A DNA stretch of 64,000 nucleotides from Camelus ferus (Eukaryota). Shown here in pieces: positions 26,639-38,726 of this stretch. The DNA lies in the NCBI RefSeq assembly GCF_009834535.1, contig NC_045697.1, positions 86,306,001 to 86,370,000 of the forward strand, read 5' to 3'. Made by a program: the position numbers and the translations under genes. Under the pieces are notes generated by a model, which searched no databases, was not told the origin of the DNA, and saw only the letters and a list, made by a program, of their open reading frames with translations. Each line of letters begins with the position of its first letter. The first letter of the stretch is position 1.

Positions 26639-26937
26639 CTGTCCAGTGGGCAGAGTGATTCAGTTTATTGATTGTAGCAATATGTGCCTAACTCTGCATG
26701 GCAGTAAAGTGTATTAAATTAAATTCCATTGGCTTACGATGTGAGATCCCTACACCAAAAGATTTCTCGTCTAACTAACCACTTGAGCGTTTTGCATTTC
26801 CTCAGCGCTGGATGTTTTATAGCCAATCTGTGTTAACTGTGGTCATTTACTGTTGTGTTTTATTTATGATAATTCATTCAGGATGAATGGTCACTTGGTA
26901 AAATCATCTCGTTGGAAAAAACACTGACATTAATCAC

Positions 26938-27034
26938 CTGATTCAATGCAGAGGAAAACGGTGCTATCATAAACATATACTGGCACTCCTTTCTTCTCAT
27001 CGAGTTTTGAATTCCTAACTCTATGGCTAAGACC
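26938..27034 (-). pseudogene. Pseudo-exon, 97 nt (VLAIELGIQNSMRRKECQYMFMIAPFSSALNQ or GLSHRVRNSKLDEKKGVPVYVYDSTVFLCIES)
   Basis: Long pyrimidine tract ending ctttttaaatatag| ... CAG|gtgatt; two frames open. Confidence 0.55.
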
Positions 27035-27342
27035 CTATATTTAAAAAGGAGAAAAAAAGAGGAGAAAAATAGTCATATGTGACAGTTTTTTTAAAAAATG
27101 CTGTGAATTTCTATCATTTCTGTCTTGAAACTAGTCTAGAACATTCTCATCATTTTTAAGAAGCTCTAAATCCCTACTTAGGTAAAAGTTTTTATTTTTA
27201 TTTTCTTCCTTTTTCTTCCCAGAGTTTCAAACCATTAAGTTAACTAATTGACAAAATGTAATGTTTTATCATGGAAAATAATAGGATCAGTAATGGAGTA
27301 AGGGAAAAACCTAAAATATTCCATTTCAAAAAATCAGTCTAC

Positions 27343-27381
27343 CTTCTGTATGGTTGTTATTCTTATGAGGATTTTTTTATC
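27343..27381 (-). pseudogene. Candidate pseudo-exon, 39 nt (DKKILIRITTIQK in its open frame)
   Basis: tctctctcttaag| ... AAG|gtagac. Confidence 0.4.
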
Positions 27382-28066
27382 CTTAAGAGAGAGATCGTGT
27401 ATGTGTTTAGATTAATTTTGCATTTTTGATGTTGTTTAATCTTCAGACCAGATGATTATCTTTGTTATCTGATGGGGTATTAATAGAACTGTTTGGTGAC
27501 TACACTATAAATACTGGACCATAAACATGCTAATCTCACAAAGACGATTTAACGTGCAAATAACATGAATGACTAAGTAAAAACAGTGCCTGTATTAGAT
27601 TTTGCACTAATTATAAAATAATTTAGTATCAGATCAGAATTAACTTTTCCCTGAATTAAATTCCCATGGCACTTAGTTGTCCATGGGTATGTATTACTGG
27701 CTGTCTCATTTCCTAGCAATTTGGAGAGCCCTGGGAAAGGCTGGAGCCCTACTGCTAAGCCAGCTGAATAACCACTCAGCCTAGAGCGAGTTCAGTTGGG
27801 CTGGAGAGGTGAGGAGAACTAAGTTAGTAGTTGTCTTCCTCATAACAAAAAGGAGAAGAAGAAATGGTGAAGAGAAATTCTCACCTAGCCACAGAGGCTG
27901 ACAGTGAACATGCCAGCTAAGCAGGGCTGGCCACACAAAGCCTTGCCTATATAGAGGGGTAAGACCTGGAGGGAGGGCAGGACTTAAAGGAAAGCTAAGC
28001 AAAGATGTTAAGAGAGAATGGGGTGGACAGACAATGAGAAGAGGACCTAGAGAAGTGTGTTCTTAC

Positions 28067-28122
28067 CATTCATGTTTAATCCAAACTATATGTGTATTAA
28101 TTCATTTAGTTCTGTGAATAAG
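28067..28122 (-). pseudogene. Pseudo-exon, 56 nt (LFTELNELIHI*FGLNMN in one frame; all frames contain a stop)
   Basis: tttaatcactttcag| ... ATG|gtaaga. Confidence 0.65.
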
Positions 28123-28978
28123 CTGAAAGTGATTAAAGAACGAAAAAAAAAAGTTCCTAGGCAGTTATGGGTTCCCTTGGCCATTTAGATAGCTTTAATT
28201 TCATATGATTTTAAATTGCCATTTAGACAAATATTTGTAGAATTGGAAGAACCAAATTTAAAAACTCTTATGTTCAACCTACTTAAAGCTGAATATGTGT
28301 GGTGCTGGCTTAGCCCAGTTGAGAACCCTTAATTAGTAAGCTTGATATTTGGTTTCCTCTGTTCAGTGTGTCACTTTTATCTCTTGAGCCTCGCTTGGAA
28401 GCTGGGACGCCAGAACCTAGGGTGAATCTGCCTTCAAGAATCAAGGCTTTCAGTCTCCTAAATCACTATATCCAGGCTCTGTCTGCTTAATCTGCTTGGT
28501 TGTTACTGATCTTTGTTCTCTCCACCTAAAACTTAATTAATAGAGTGAACACCTGCCCAGTAAGATGCGTCTTCCTCATAGTGAAAACCTGATTCAGTTT
28601 CTCCTCATAACAGTTTAATGTATATTCTGTTACATCCTGTGACTTAGCAGGAACATGAAAATTAAGAGTAGCAGGATGGGATAGAAGGAGAGATACTGAT
28701 AGAAATTAAGGAGTCAAGGTGCAAGCAGGGAAGCAGATCCAACTTCAAATGGCAGGAAACTCCACCAGGTGCCACTGCGCTGCATCCAGAGAGCACAGTC
28801 CTGGCAGGCACTGGCTGTCCTCAAGAGAAGGAAGACCCAAGGAAGGGAGGGAGAGGGAGGCCATTGATGTATCTAGAACATTTCATTTCTCATAAAGGGA
28901 AAAAAGATGTAGTATAAATACAACAAAATGTAGCTATTTGTTAAGTCTGGGTGGTGGAGGCACGTGTATATAATAAGC

Positions 28979-29166
28979 CAGTGGTTCTCAAGATATGGTC
29001 CCCAGACCAGCAACGTCAGCATCGCTTGGAAATGGATTAGAAATGCGAATTCCCAGCCTCCACCCGAGACCTACTGAATCAGAAACTCTGCGAATGGAAC
29101 CCAACAACCAGTGTTTTCACAGGTCCCCCAGGTGATTCTGGTGCATGCTAAACCTTGAGAACCAAC
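28979..29166. mobile_element. MER5A (hAT-Charlie)
   Basis: Terminal inverted repeats cagtggttctcaa...ttgagaacca; cctactgaatcagaaactctg. Confidence 0.92.
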
Positions 29167-30174
29167 GTAATGGAGTATTCTCTGTACCTGTCTATATGTT
29201 GTTTTAAATGTCACAGTGATGATGGGGGAGCCCTGACAGGGGTGCTGGTGGAGGGCAGCTGTGGGGAGAGGTCAAACTGGTCTGGTCGTAGGGCAGAGTT
29301 TCAGGAATGGGATCCTGGTGCCCTGCAGAGTAGGGGATGAGTGGTGGGCAAGGCTTGGTTTAGAACAAAAGTAAAAGGCAAGACGGTCACTTACAAGGAA
29401 TGTTTGTTTAAAAAAAAAAAGGGATGGTGCTGGGCAGGTTAAGCAAGACAAAGTCTTAGGTACCGGATAAGGCAACGACCTTGTTAGCAGAGGTGCTAGC
29501 AAGCGGGGCCCCTTCAGCACTGGACTGCTTAGCTGCAGCAAAGCCGACTTGGTGCTTTAATGCCCAGGCTGCTAAACTCCCCTCCTCCCTCCCCTTCTCT
29601 TCTCCCTGGTTTCCTTCCCACCCAGGCCAGACCACAGGCAAACCTGCAGGTGGGGGCCCAGGGGCTTTGCAGCAATTGAGGGGCTAGGCTGGCCAAGGTA
29701 AGTCAAATGGATGCGTTTAGGTAAAACGTCTCTCTGTAACAAAACTCCCCTCTTTCCTTGCTTGTTCCAGACCTGAACAAAAAGAGCAAAGTTAATTTAA
29801 ACAAAACAAAACAAAACAAAACAAAACACAACCCTGTAAAAATATTATTTCAACTGTGTAAAATATAAGTTTTAAAATGCACAGAATCAAAGTTTTCCAA
29901 CCATCAAGGCCATGAATTAAATTTTCACAAAGCCTCCAAGTCTTCAGATTTGGCCTGAATTAACCTGGATGTTTTTTCTCATCCTTGGAGTTTCTCTTAA
30001 GAGTTGCTCCTCTCGTACGTACTCCCTCTTTCATCCCAGAAAGTTCTTAAAGCTCTTGGAGTTCAAATAAATATGCTGACCTAACACTCCCTGCCAAGAC
30101 ATTAGTACTAATGGCCTGGTCTGAAGAGGTTGCTGTATTAAGACACCAGAGCTTGCTGCTTCAGTCGTATTTAC

Positions 30175-30216
30175 CTTGGTGAAGAATCCCTTACTGTTTG
30201 CCTCAGACAGTGGATG
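30175..30216 (-). pseudogene. Pseudo-exon, 42 nt (IHCLRQTVRDSSP or HPLSEANSKGFFTK)
   Basis: tttttttccttctcag| ... AAG|gtaaat; frame ambiguous. Confidence 0.65.
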
Positions 30217-30779
30217 CTGAGAAGGAAAAAAATGCAGGGAGCTTGACTTTTTTTTTTTTTTTTGACAATGTCTAAACCTGATTTATTTAGATACTTGGTT
30301 TTAAAGGCTGTCACATTTGGAAAAGGTATCACACAAGGATGAGTACATCAGAGTGGAGCAAGTGCATCAGGTGGTGCTTACTGAACACTGCTATTTTTTA
30401 TTTCTCAATTAATTCCATACACCAATCATATAAAGGCACATCATGCACATACAGCATACTTGATAGTTTGATATACCAAGAATTAATCTATATAGATAAG
30501 ATTAATCAAACTTATTTTTTTTTCCTATTTTAGATAAGATAAAAATAAATTTAATAGATGTTCTGTTACTTTCTTCCGTGACTCAGTTGATTATTATATG
30601 TGCCCTTTGCGGTTCATACACAATATACCCATAGAATTTACGTGACATTTTTGAAAGTCCTTGCATTGTAGAAACAAAGTGTATAGTTTTCCCATAAAAT
30701 GTAATAGAGTATAACAGAAAAATGGAAATCATTTGCAGACCTTTACTGGTACTACAAAACAATGAAAGTCATTTTTTAA

Positions 30780-31085
30780 AATTATTTTTAACGGAGTATA
30801 GTGGATGTAAAAATTACAAAGTTTCAGGTGTGCAACATAGTAATTCACAATTTTTAAAGGTTACATTCCATTTATAGTTATTATAAAATACTGGCTATAT
30901 TCCAAATGTTGTACAATATATTCTTGTAGCTTATTTATTTTATGTATAATAGTTTGTACCTCTTAATCTCCTACCCCAGCTTGCCCCTCCCACTTCCCTT
31001 TCCCATCTGGTACTAGTTGATTCTCTGTATCTGTAAGTCTGTTTCTTTTTTGCTATATTCACTAGTTAGTTTTATTTTTTAGAGT
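30780..31085 (-). mobile_element. L1 3' UTR end
   Basis: gtttcaggtgtgcaacatagtaattcac...ttctctgtatctgtaagtctgttt. Confidence 0.85.
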
Positions 31086-31536
31086 CTAACTTCTTAAAAT
31101 TACTTTTGAATTGATCACAAATGGCACATCATTGACAACTCACTATTTCTTCTAACAGACATACACCACACACTGAAGTTGGTAGAACCTGGTTGAATTA
31201 AGTGTTTTATTCCCTCACAGAGGTTGATTTAGCACACCCCAGAAATGTTTGTGTTGCAATTCTGTCATTTACAAAAGTATAGGAATAATATCATATCCCC
31301 TGACAGGGATGTCTAAAACCTCTGAGATCTACTACAAGGCAAGTGACTATCATTATACTGTATTAGAGTTATAATCAAGAACTGGTACTCATTTCTCTTT
31401 AACACATCAGTAAAAACAAAATTCCCAGGAAGCATGTCATATAAAGTTAGAAAATCCAGGGGAGATGAAAACATTCCAAAGTGAAAATCCTAATTTTGTA
31501 GCAATAAAAATTATTCTGAACATAAACTTATTGTTA

Positions 31537-32033
31537 TGTTTGGTACGCAGAATAATGTCCCTGCAAAGATGCCCACATCCTAATCTCTAGAATCTGTGAA
31601 TATGTTAGGTTACAGGGAAAGGGGATTGAAGGATGTTGATAAGTGGATCTTAAAATAGGGAAGTTATCATAGATTATCCACGTGGGTCCAATTTAATCAC
31701 AACATCCTTAAAAGGGGGCAGGGAGATGGGGAAGGCAGAAGAATGAAAACCAGTGAGAAGGCAGCATGAGGGCTCAGCTTGAGGCTGCTGTCTTTGAAGC
31801 TGGGAAGGGTCCACAAGCCAAGGACAGTAGGTGGCCTCTAGAACCTAGAAAAGGCAAGGTAATGGATTTTCCCCTCAAGCCTCCAGGAAGAACACAGCCT
31901 TGCCAACACCTCAATTATAGCCCAGTGAAATGCATTTCAGACTTCCAGCCTCCAGAACTGTAAGATAAATTCGTGTTGTTTGAAGCCAGTAAATTTCTGG
32001 TAATTAGTTACAGCAACAGTAGGGAGCTAATAA
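31537..32033 (+). mobile_element. MLT1D-like MaLR solo LTR
   Basis: cagaataatg...cccacatcctaatc...gacttccagcctccagaactgtaagataaat. Confidence 0.88.
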
Positions 32034-32363
32034 GAGCTGGTTTCTGGGAGATACGGTGGGAAAATCAGAATCCCCATTATCTAAGACTGACTTTGGAAAC
32101 TCACGCATCTTGCACACTGCTGAGGCAGAAGGGGAGTGGGTGGGCTCTCTGGGGTTATGCTGGCCATGTTCTTCTCTCAGTCTCCCTCATTGTGAGTCTT
32201 CTCCTTCTAGAGAAAATTCTGCAGGAGAGAAGAGCTGGGTTGGGGGTTGAAGTCTGAACCCTGACTTCTTAATTTGTAAATGAGGAGATGAGATCAGATC
32301 ATCTCAAGGGAAAACCAAAACCTCTGAAATGCCCCAGTTCTGATAATGAGGAGATATGGATAC

Positions 32364-32470
32364 GTAACTACATCCATCACTTCAAGTACAGAAGCCTTAA
32401 AACTTAAATCTGTATGTTGTCTGATTCCAAAGAGTGAGGATTTTGGATATGCTGCTCCATTTCACTATGT
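32364..32470 (-). pseudogene. Pseudo-exon, 107 nt (DIVKWSSISKILTLWNQTT... then stops or a frameshift)
   Basis: ggcttttcag| ... TAC|gtatcc; the 3' half is open in another frame (DLSFKASVLEVMDVV). Confidence 0.45.
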
Positions 32471-33703
32471 CTGAAAAGCCTGTGTTTTCTATATTAGAAA
32501 ATAGCTCCTGTGGTTGATGTATAATTCCTCAGACTTGGGGTTAAAGTATAACTGAAGTGAAGCTCAGCAGGATGAGACTGTGTGGCTGGCAGTCACGTGC
32601 AGGGGGCGGGATATCTTCACGCAGATGGAGTTCTGGTCTCTAGCAGCGCCTCAAGTGATTCTGCTCCTGCAGATCTCCCTGTGCCCCAGCCACTGTACTT
32701 ACTGAAGAATGAATGAATGAGTGAGTGAGAGAGTGAATGAATGAATATGCTGGCTTTTTGCTGCTTGCCTTATTTACCCCAGTGTCCATACGACCCATAA
32801 GGGAAATGGGAAAACACAGTGGCTGCCTTTGGCCCAACACACTCCTGATTTGCTTTCCTCTAGCCATGTTTTTTCTATCATATAGTTGTCCTTTAAAAAG
32901 AGACTTACATATTGCTTTAAAAAATATCATTCTAAACAAATTGCTTTAAAAATACCATTCTCATATGAATGAGATGAAGTAGAAAGTCATAAATCTATTT
33001 GAGTCTTACATCTAAAACAAATGAACATTTTTAAGAAATAAGGATTGAAAAAAATCAACCAAAAGAATTCTGCCCCAGACTTTCTACCTCAGACTAAGTT
33101 ATAACAGCATGAAAAACTGACTCAGATGATCTGCATTCTCACACTTGCATTCTCTCTCTTCTCTTGCTAAGTGCATTTTCCACTTAATCTTCTATTCGTA
33201 TAATTATCTGCATTCTGAATATTGACTCATGTGTCATGATTTTTTTCAGTGGCCTTTTGTTTGAGTAAATTGAGATTGGCTAGCTAAAATGCATTGGCTA
33301 ATACCATAAAGCATATTTTTATTTTCCCCCACCATGTGAAACTAATATTACATCATCAGTTGGCCTTGGTGGATAACCAGAAAGAATAATGAGAAAAGAA
33401 AGCAGAGAACTGATTTTCAGATATCAGTTATTAGAGGATTCATTTCTTCCCCCCAAAGGACTGAGGAATTTTAATGTAAAATTTTTCTAAAACAGAATGA
33501 AAATTATTCGTGGAATATGACTAACAATATATAGTGTAAAAATTCTACCTCCTAGTTCAGTTTAGATCACTTGACTATCCTCCCAAAGTAAAATACAGCC
33601 TTAGGAAGAGCTCATTCTTTTTTTCCTATCTTGAAAGTTGCAGCCAAGTTAAGTGGAATCATACATTTCCTACTTTCCATTTCCCATGATGCTGGACTAT
33701 TAC

Positions 33704-33737
33704 CCAGGAAATAAACATGATTGAGTCTGTTTGTTTC
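33704..33737 (-). pseudogene. Pseudo-exon, 34 nt, phase 0-1 (ETNRLNHVYFL)
   Basis: tttttctcatggttttag| ... TGG|gtaata. Confidence 0.55.
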
Positions 33738-33833
33738 CTAAAACCATGAGAAAAATGTGAACTGCTTGGAAAGTTACACTCAAGGGAAAAGACTCATGCT
33801 GAGATCATTGATGTTGTGAACGTGTTTGGTTAC

Positions 33834-33969
33834 TTTTCTCAAGAGTCCACTTCTCATCACCAGATTGGGAAGCCTGCAGCTCATAGAGAAATAGCCCCTC
33901 CTGTCCAAGGTCAACAATTGAGGAAAAGGACCAAGTTTAATAGATCTCTTCAGTGCCCAAGGATGTTGA
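33834..33969 (-). pseudogene. Pseudo-exon, 136 nt, phase 2-0 (QHPWALKRSIKLGPFPQLLTLDRRGYFSMSCRLPNLVMRSGLLRK)
   Basis: tatttctgtcacag| ... AAA|gtaacc; lies within open ORF 33780..34022. Confidence 0.55.
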
Positions 33970-35123
33970 CTGTGACAGAAATATTGCATCGATCTTCCAC
34001 CTCTGTCAGCTTTACAGGGCATGAATTTTGATATTTTAAGTTTAATTTACTTGATGCCTTCAAACCAAATCAGACTTGGATTAAATTTCTTCTACTCCTC
34101 AAGCCGCCTTTGATTACAGCTATGGCCCAGCTCTTGTAGAGTTAATTCTTTGCTCAGCTTGCAGTCAAATGTATAAGTAAAGTGGCAGGCCATAAAGGGT
34201 TTTTTGGATAACTGCCATCTTGAGGAGAGGGAGTTGACAAAGAGGAAGAGAGGCGTTAGCAGCCTGTAGGGCAGTAGACAGAACAGGGGAACGATGTGGG
34301 AAGGAGAAAGGATTGGAGAGCTCAGTGTCTGAGACGTGTCTTAGGAGAACACGAGGTAGGTGAGGGAAATCCACAACCAATACAGTCAAGATGTAGAGCT
34401 CTCGCAAGGCACAGTGGAAGAGGCAGGGTATCTTGCTGGATTATTTTATAAACATGGCTCGCTGGACTAAAAGTGGAAACTGGCTGAGATGTTAGCTGGT
34501 TGAGAAGGCAGAAGCTGGGGAAGATCCTGACAGTTCAAACGAGACCTCAGCATTATATTTCACTATAGCTCATACTTCAGCGTAGATGCTATAGGCCTTG
34601 AAATGAAAAATGAGTGGCAGTAAAGAAGGGTTAAAAGAAATACTTTACATGTTGACTCGGGAAAAAAAAAAACTTCTTGAATCTTCTTCCTTCTCTTGAG
34701 AAAGATTTGTTAGCTCCTTCCTTGCGGTTTCCCTGCTTCTCGTGACGCATGGCTTTCTGAGTCTGGCTTTGCTTATTCGGAGCTTTCCAGCTCCAGCTGA
34801 GACTGCTGTAGCTCTCCGGGGCCCGAGTCCCTTTCTCGTGAATGTTGACTATCTCATATCTCCCTGTTACCTTGATCAGGTATCCTCCACCTGTTACTGG
34901 CTATTTTCTATTTCATAGAAAATTTCATAAAGGTAGAATCATGGTGCGTCGTATTCACTTAACCACTCATGATGTTACAACAGCTCTAGAACACAGTTTA
35001 GGGATATCTAAGTAACTAGTTAATTCCCTCAATAACTGTTGAAAATGCTAAAGCCCCTTGGTCTCCTTTCCATTTTATCATTGTCCAGAGTTCTTTTTAA
35101 TATTTTTTATCATAAAATGGAGG

Positions 35124-35611
35124 TGAAGGGGTCCAGAATAAGCCACTGCGGCGTAAGAATTAATGTGCTGAAGGCATTTGAGAATCGGTTTTTCCTGAAC
35201 TTTCTTACCTGCTTAAAAGCAGAGCCTTCCAGAGGGACTTCATTGTCTTAAGTCTTCTCCCTGGGAGGTTCCCAACCAAGGAAGTTTGGCCCTGATCTCT
35301 GGGGAGAAGTCACACACTATACACCACACCTAAGCAGACAGTGTCCTTAACAATCACTGTCCCCGTCTGCTCTGCTGAGGGCCCACTTATCTTTCCTAAA
35401 AGTCATTTGTTTTCTCTTCTCTTCTCCCTTTCCTCTGTTAAGATGATATGTGAGTCCCATATTCTCCCCACCTCCTTGATTCAGATTTTTCTGTGAACTC
35501 TCATACTTAGATGAGTAAATTTTGCCTTTTCTCTTGCTAATTTCTTTTGTCAGTTTTATTTGCAGGTCCCCTAATATGAACCTAAGACGGTAGTTTTTCT
35601 GTATCCTTTAA
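35124..35611 (+). mobile_element. ERV1 solo LTR (MER34/MER39-like)
   Basis: tgaaggggtccagaataagccac...gctgaaggcatttgagaa...gaacctaag. Confidence 0.7.
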
Positions 35612-36382
35612 CTGTCCCTTGTCATGGGGGTGGGGGTGAGTGTCCAATGTCAGCTAAACAAATCTGCCTGCTATTTGTTATGAGCACACTGATTTCCTAC
35701 CTCTATTCCTTTCTGTTTTTACTCAGGAATTGTCCATCTCTTCTCTCTTCTCCTTTTCATTCTCTTCTGAATTCCAAATTCAGCCAAAGTGCTGTCTTAA
35801 CATGAAACCTTTCATAAGCGTTTATCTAGCAATGACATTGTGTTTGAACCTCGATACACAAGGATTTGAACTTCCTACCCATTAACTAGGTGGATTTGAA
35901 AAGCTTAGTTGTCATCTCAGACTGTTTCCCTGTATGTCTAACGGAGGTAACACCTACCTAATAGGGTTGTTGTAAGGATTAAATGAGGTAATTGCTTATG
36001 TAAAAACATCTGGCATTTAGCAGTTAGTAAATAAACATAGGTTAAATTTCTTTTATTCCTCTACCTTCATACTAGATATTTGCATATGAGTTTTACCACT
36101 TACTGGATTTGTTGAAGTCAAGACTTATGATACGTGTGTGTGCATATATATATATGCATACATAAATACATACACCTGTGTGTATATGTGTATTTTACAT
36201 GTATGTATACATATATACACAGATGTGTGTACATGGAAAGTATTTTTTGTTCAGTAAATGTCCAAACTAAGACCCAGAGAGAGGTTACGACTTTAACCTA
36301 GCTAATTTGTTGATTAAAGTTGCTCCCTTTTCTTTCACTTGAATAAAGCTGTTGTATATATGTATCCATATATAACCTATAC

Positions 36383-36457
36383 CCTGAAGATATACATATA
36401 ATGTGTTGATTGAACACCAAGGCCAGGAAGTTGGTACCATACTGGCACAAACTCTTG
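36383..36457 (-). pseudogene. Pseudo-exon, 75 nt, phase 2-2 (KSLCQYGTNFLALVFNQHIICISS)
   Basis: ccatacacttgaag| ... AGG|gtatag; weak sites but open and in phase. Confidence 0.45.
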
Positions 36458-36599
36458 CTTCAAGTGTATGGACACACCACCAAGCCCACACTGTGGTCTG
36501 CCCGTTGGCTTCAGCTGGGCTGGCTCCGCGCTGCTGCTGGCCTGGGTCCAAATAAATGATATGGGCACTGGGGCAGAGCAGAGCACCTAGGTTAACCTG

Positions 36600-36815
36600 G
36601 GAAACCTAGGTAGGGGTAAACATGGTTTGAATCCTCATTCTCCCATTTCCAAAATAAGGACTTTGACAAAAGTGCTTAAGTTCCCTGTGCTTTGGTTTTG
36701 TCATCTGAAAACGAAGTAATAACAGTGCCTACTTCATAGGGTTACTGTGAGTGTTAAATGAGCCAGCACTTTAAGACCCTAACCTGGTATATAGTAAGCA
36801 CTTAATGTTAGCTGT
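36600..36815 (+). mobile_element. MIR (a second MIR lies at about 35850-36030)
   Basis: gtgcctacttcatagggttactgtgagtgttaaatgag. Confidence 0.8.
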
Positions 36816-37168
36816 CAGCATGGTCACCATCATCATCATCATCATCTACTAGGTGATTGCACTTTAGGATTCGAAAGTTTGCTCAGGGTAAGGGTTTGAT
36901 GTATTATCTTCTAGGCAGATACTCTTATTTAATGAATTTATTTTAATCATCATTTGGCCTTTCATCCAAGAAATATTAAATCTAAAGTCATGAGAGCTGT
37001 TATCTTCTCACAGAGCAAATTTTGTTTCATCACTTTGACTAACCAAATCTTAATTCATTTATATATTAAAAGTATTTTCCCCAAACGTCTGCTGTATATC
37101 ACATAACCTCCGAAAGCAATGTTGCTGAATCTTTGACTTCAATTCTATAAAAAATTTCTGTGTATTAC

Positions 37169-37191
37169 CTAGAGCCATAGATATCGTGGAC
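37169..37191 (-). pseudogene. Pseudo-exon, 23 nt, phase 0-2 (VHDIYGS)
   Basis: ttttacttttgtttactag| ... TAG|gtaata. Confidence 0.65.
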
Positions 37192-37368
37192 CTAGTAAAC
37201 AAAAGTAAAAATGTGACATGAGGTTTAGAAAAAGATTCTTGTTGGAAATACAGCATCCTGTTAACATGTAGCGCTTATGTGTTTTAAATGGACTCTCGCA
37301 AACACTCTCATTTGATCATCACATGAAGAGGAAAATATGCTATAATTTTTACTTATTACAAATAAGGA

Positions 37369-37948
37369 TGACACCTGCACCCCAATGCTCATAGCAGCAC
37401 TATTTACAATAGCCAAAACATGGAAACAGCCTAAATGTCCATCAACAGGTGACTGGATAAAGAAGATGTGGTATATTTATACAATGGAATACTACTCAGC
37501 CATAAAAACCGACAACATAATGCCATTTGCAGCAACATGGATGCTCCTGGAGAATGTCATTCTAAGTGAAGTAAGCCAGAAAGAGAAAGAAAAATACCAT
37601 ATGAGATCGCTCATATGTGGAATCTAAAAAACAAAAACAAACAAACAAACAAAAACAAAGCATAAATACAGGACAGAAATAGACTCACAGACAGAGAATA
37701 CAGACTTGTGGTTACCAGGGGGGTGGAGGGTGGGAAGGGATAGACTGGGATTTCAAAATTGTAGAATAGACTACACTGTATAGCACAGGGAAATATACAC
37801 AAAATGTTACGATAACTCACAGAGAAAAAAATGTGACAATGAGTGTGTATATGTCCATGAATGACTGAAAAATTGTGCTGACCACTGGAATTTGACACAA
37901 CATTGTAAAATGATTATAAATCAATAAAAATGTTAAAAAAACAAAAAA
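37369..37948 (+). mobile_element. Young 5'-truncated camelid L1 with intact ORF2 C-terminal 80 codons
   Basis: ORF 37385..37627 (IAALFTIAKTWKQPKCPS...EKYHMRSLICGI); TSD acaaataagga at 37358-37368 and 37949-37959. Confidence 0.95.
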
Positions 37949-37975
37949 ACAAATAAGGACAGTGAAGGTCTAAGA

Positions 37976-38293
37976 CAGTGGTCAGCAACTTCAGCCTACT
38001 TCCTGCTTTTCTGCAGCCTGCGAGCTGAGAAAGTTTTTCACATTAAAATGATTGTGGAAAAAAATTTTTTTAAAGTATATTTCATAACATGTGAAAACTA
38101 TGTGAAATTCAAGTTTCAGTGTTCATTAGTAAAGTTTTATTGGAAGACCATTCTGCTCACTTATTAAATATTGTCCATGGCTGCATTCACACTACAACAG
38201 TGCAGCTGAGCAGTCGCAACAGAGACTCGATGTCCTGCAAAGCTGAAAACATTTACCAACTGTCCCTTTACAGAAGAAGTTTGCTGACCCCTG
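37976..38293. mobile_element. MER58B-like (hAT-Charlie)
   Basis: cagtggtcagcaac...gtttgctgacccctg termini. Confidence 0.88.
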
Positions 38294-38621
38294 CTCTAAG
38301 AGCTTAAATGACTTGCTCCAAATCGCACAGCTTGTCAGTGATGTTAACAACTTGAACCCAGATCCTTTAGCTATCTCAGAAAATAGGCTCACTGACTAGA
38401 TGTCTGTCTGCTTTTTAGACAGGGAAAAAAAGAAAAACAGGAAGCCAGGCTTCTTAGCTTCAATTTCAATTCTAAAATGCTTCAATTACGGAAGCACAGT
38501 AAGCGCAAGACCCCCAGAAGCAGCCTCTTGAGTGCCCCTGACAGGAGCGCCTCCTCCTCGCCACTAATCAGACAGCTCCCCTCCTCCGCCCCACGCGCTG
38601 CTCAAAGCTGAGGTGTGTCAC

Positions 38622-38726
38622 CTGCAGGATGCTGATCTCGTCCCGCAGCACCATGGTGAGACTTACTCTTAGCCTGACCGCAGCCGTAATACTCGTCGCG
38701 TATTACACCCCTTGGTGCTCTCGTGA
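38622..38726 (-). pseudogene. Pseudo-exon, 105 nt, phase 0-0 (SREHQGV*YATSITAAVRLRVSLTMVLRDEISILQ)
   Basis: gattttccttag| ... CAG|gtgaca; one TAA at 38703-38705. Confidence 0.7.

Noticed and set aside
37385..37627. Intact 80-aa ORF
   Set aside because: It is the C-terminus of L1 ORF2 in a 5'-truncated copy, not a host gene.
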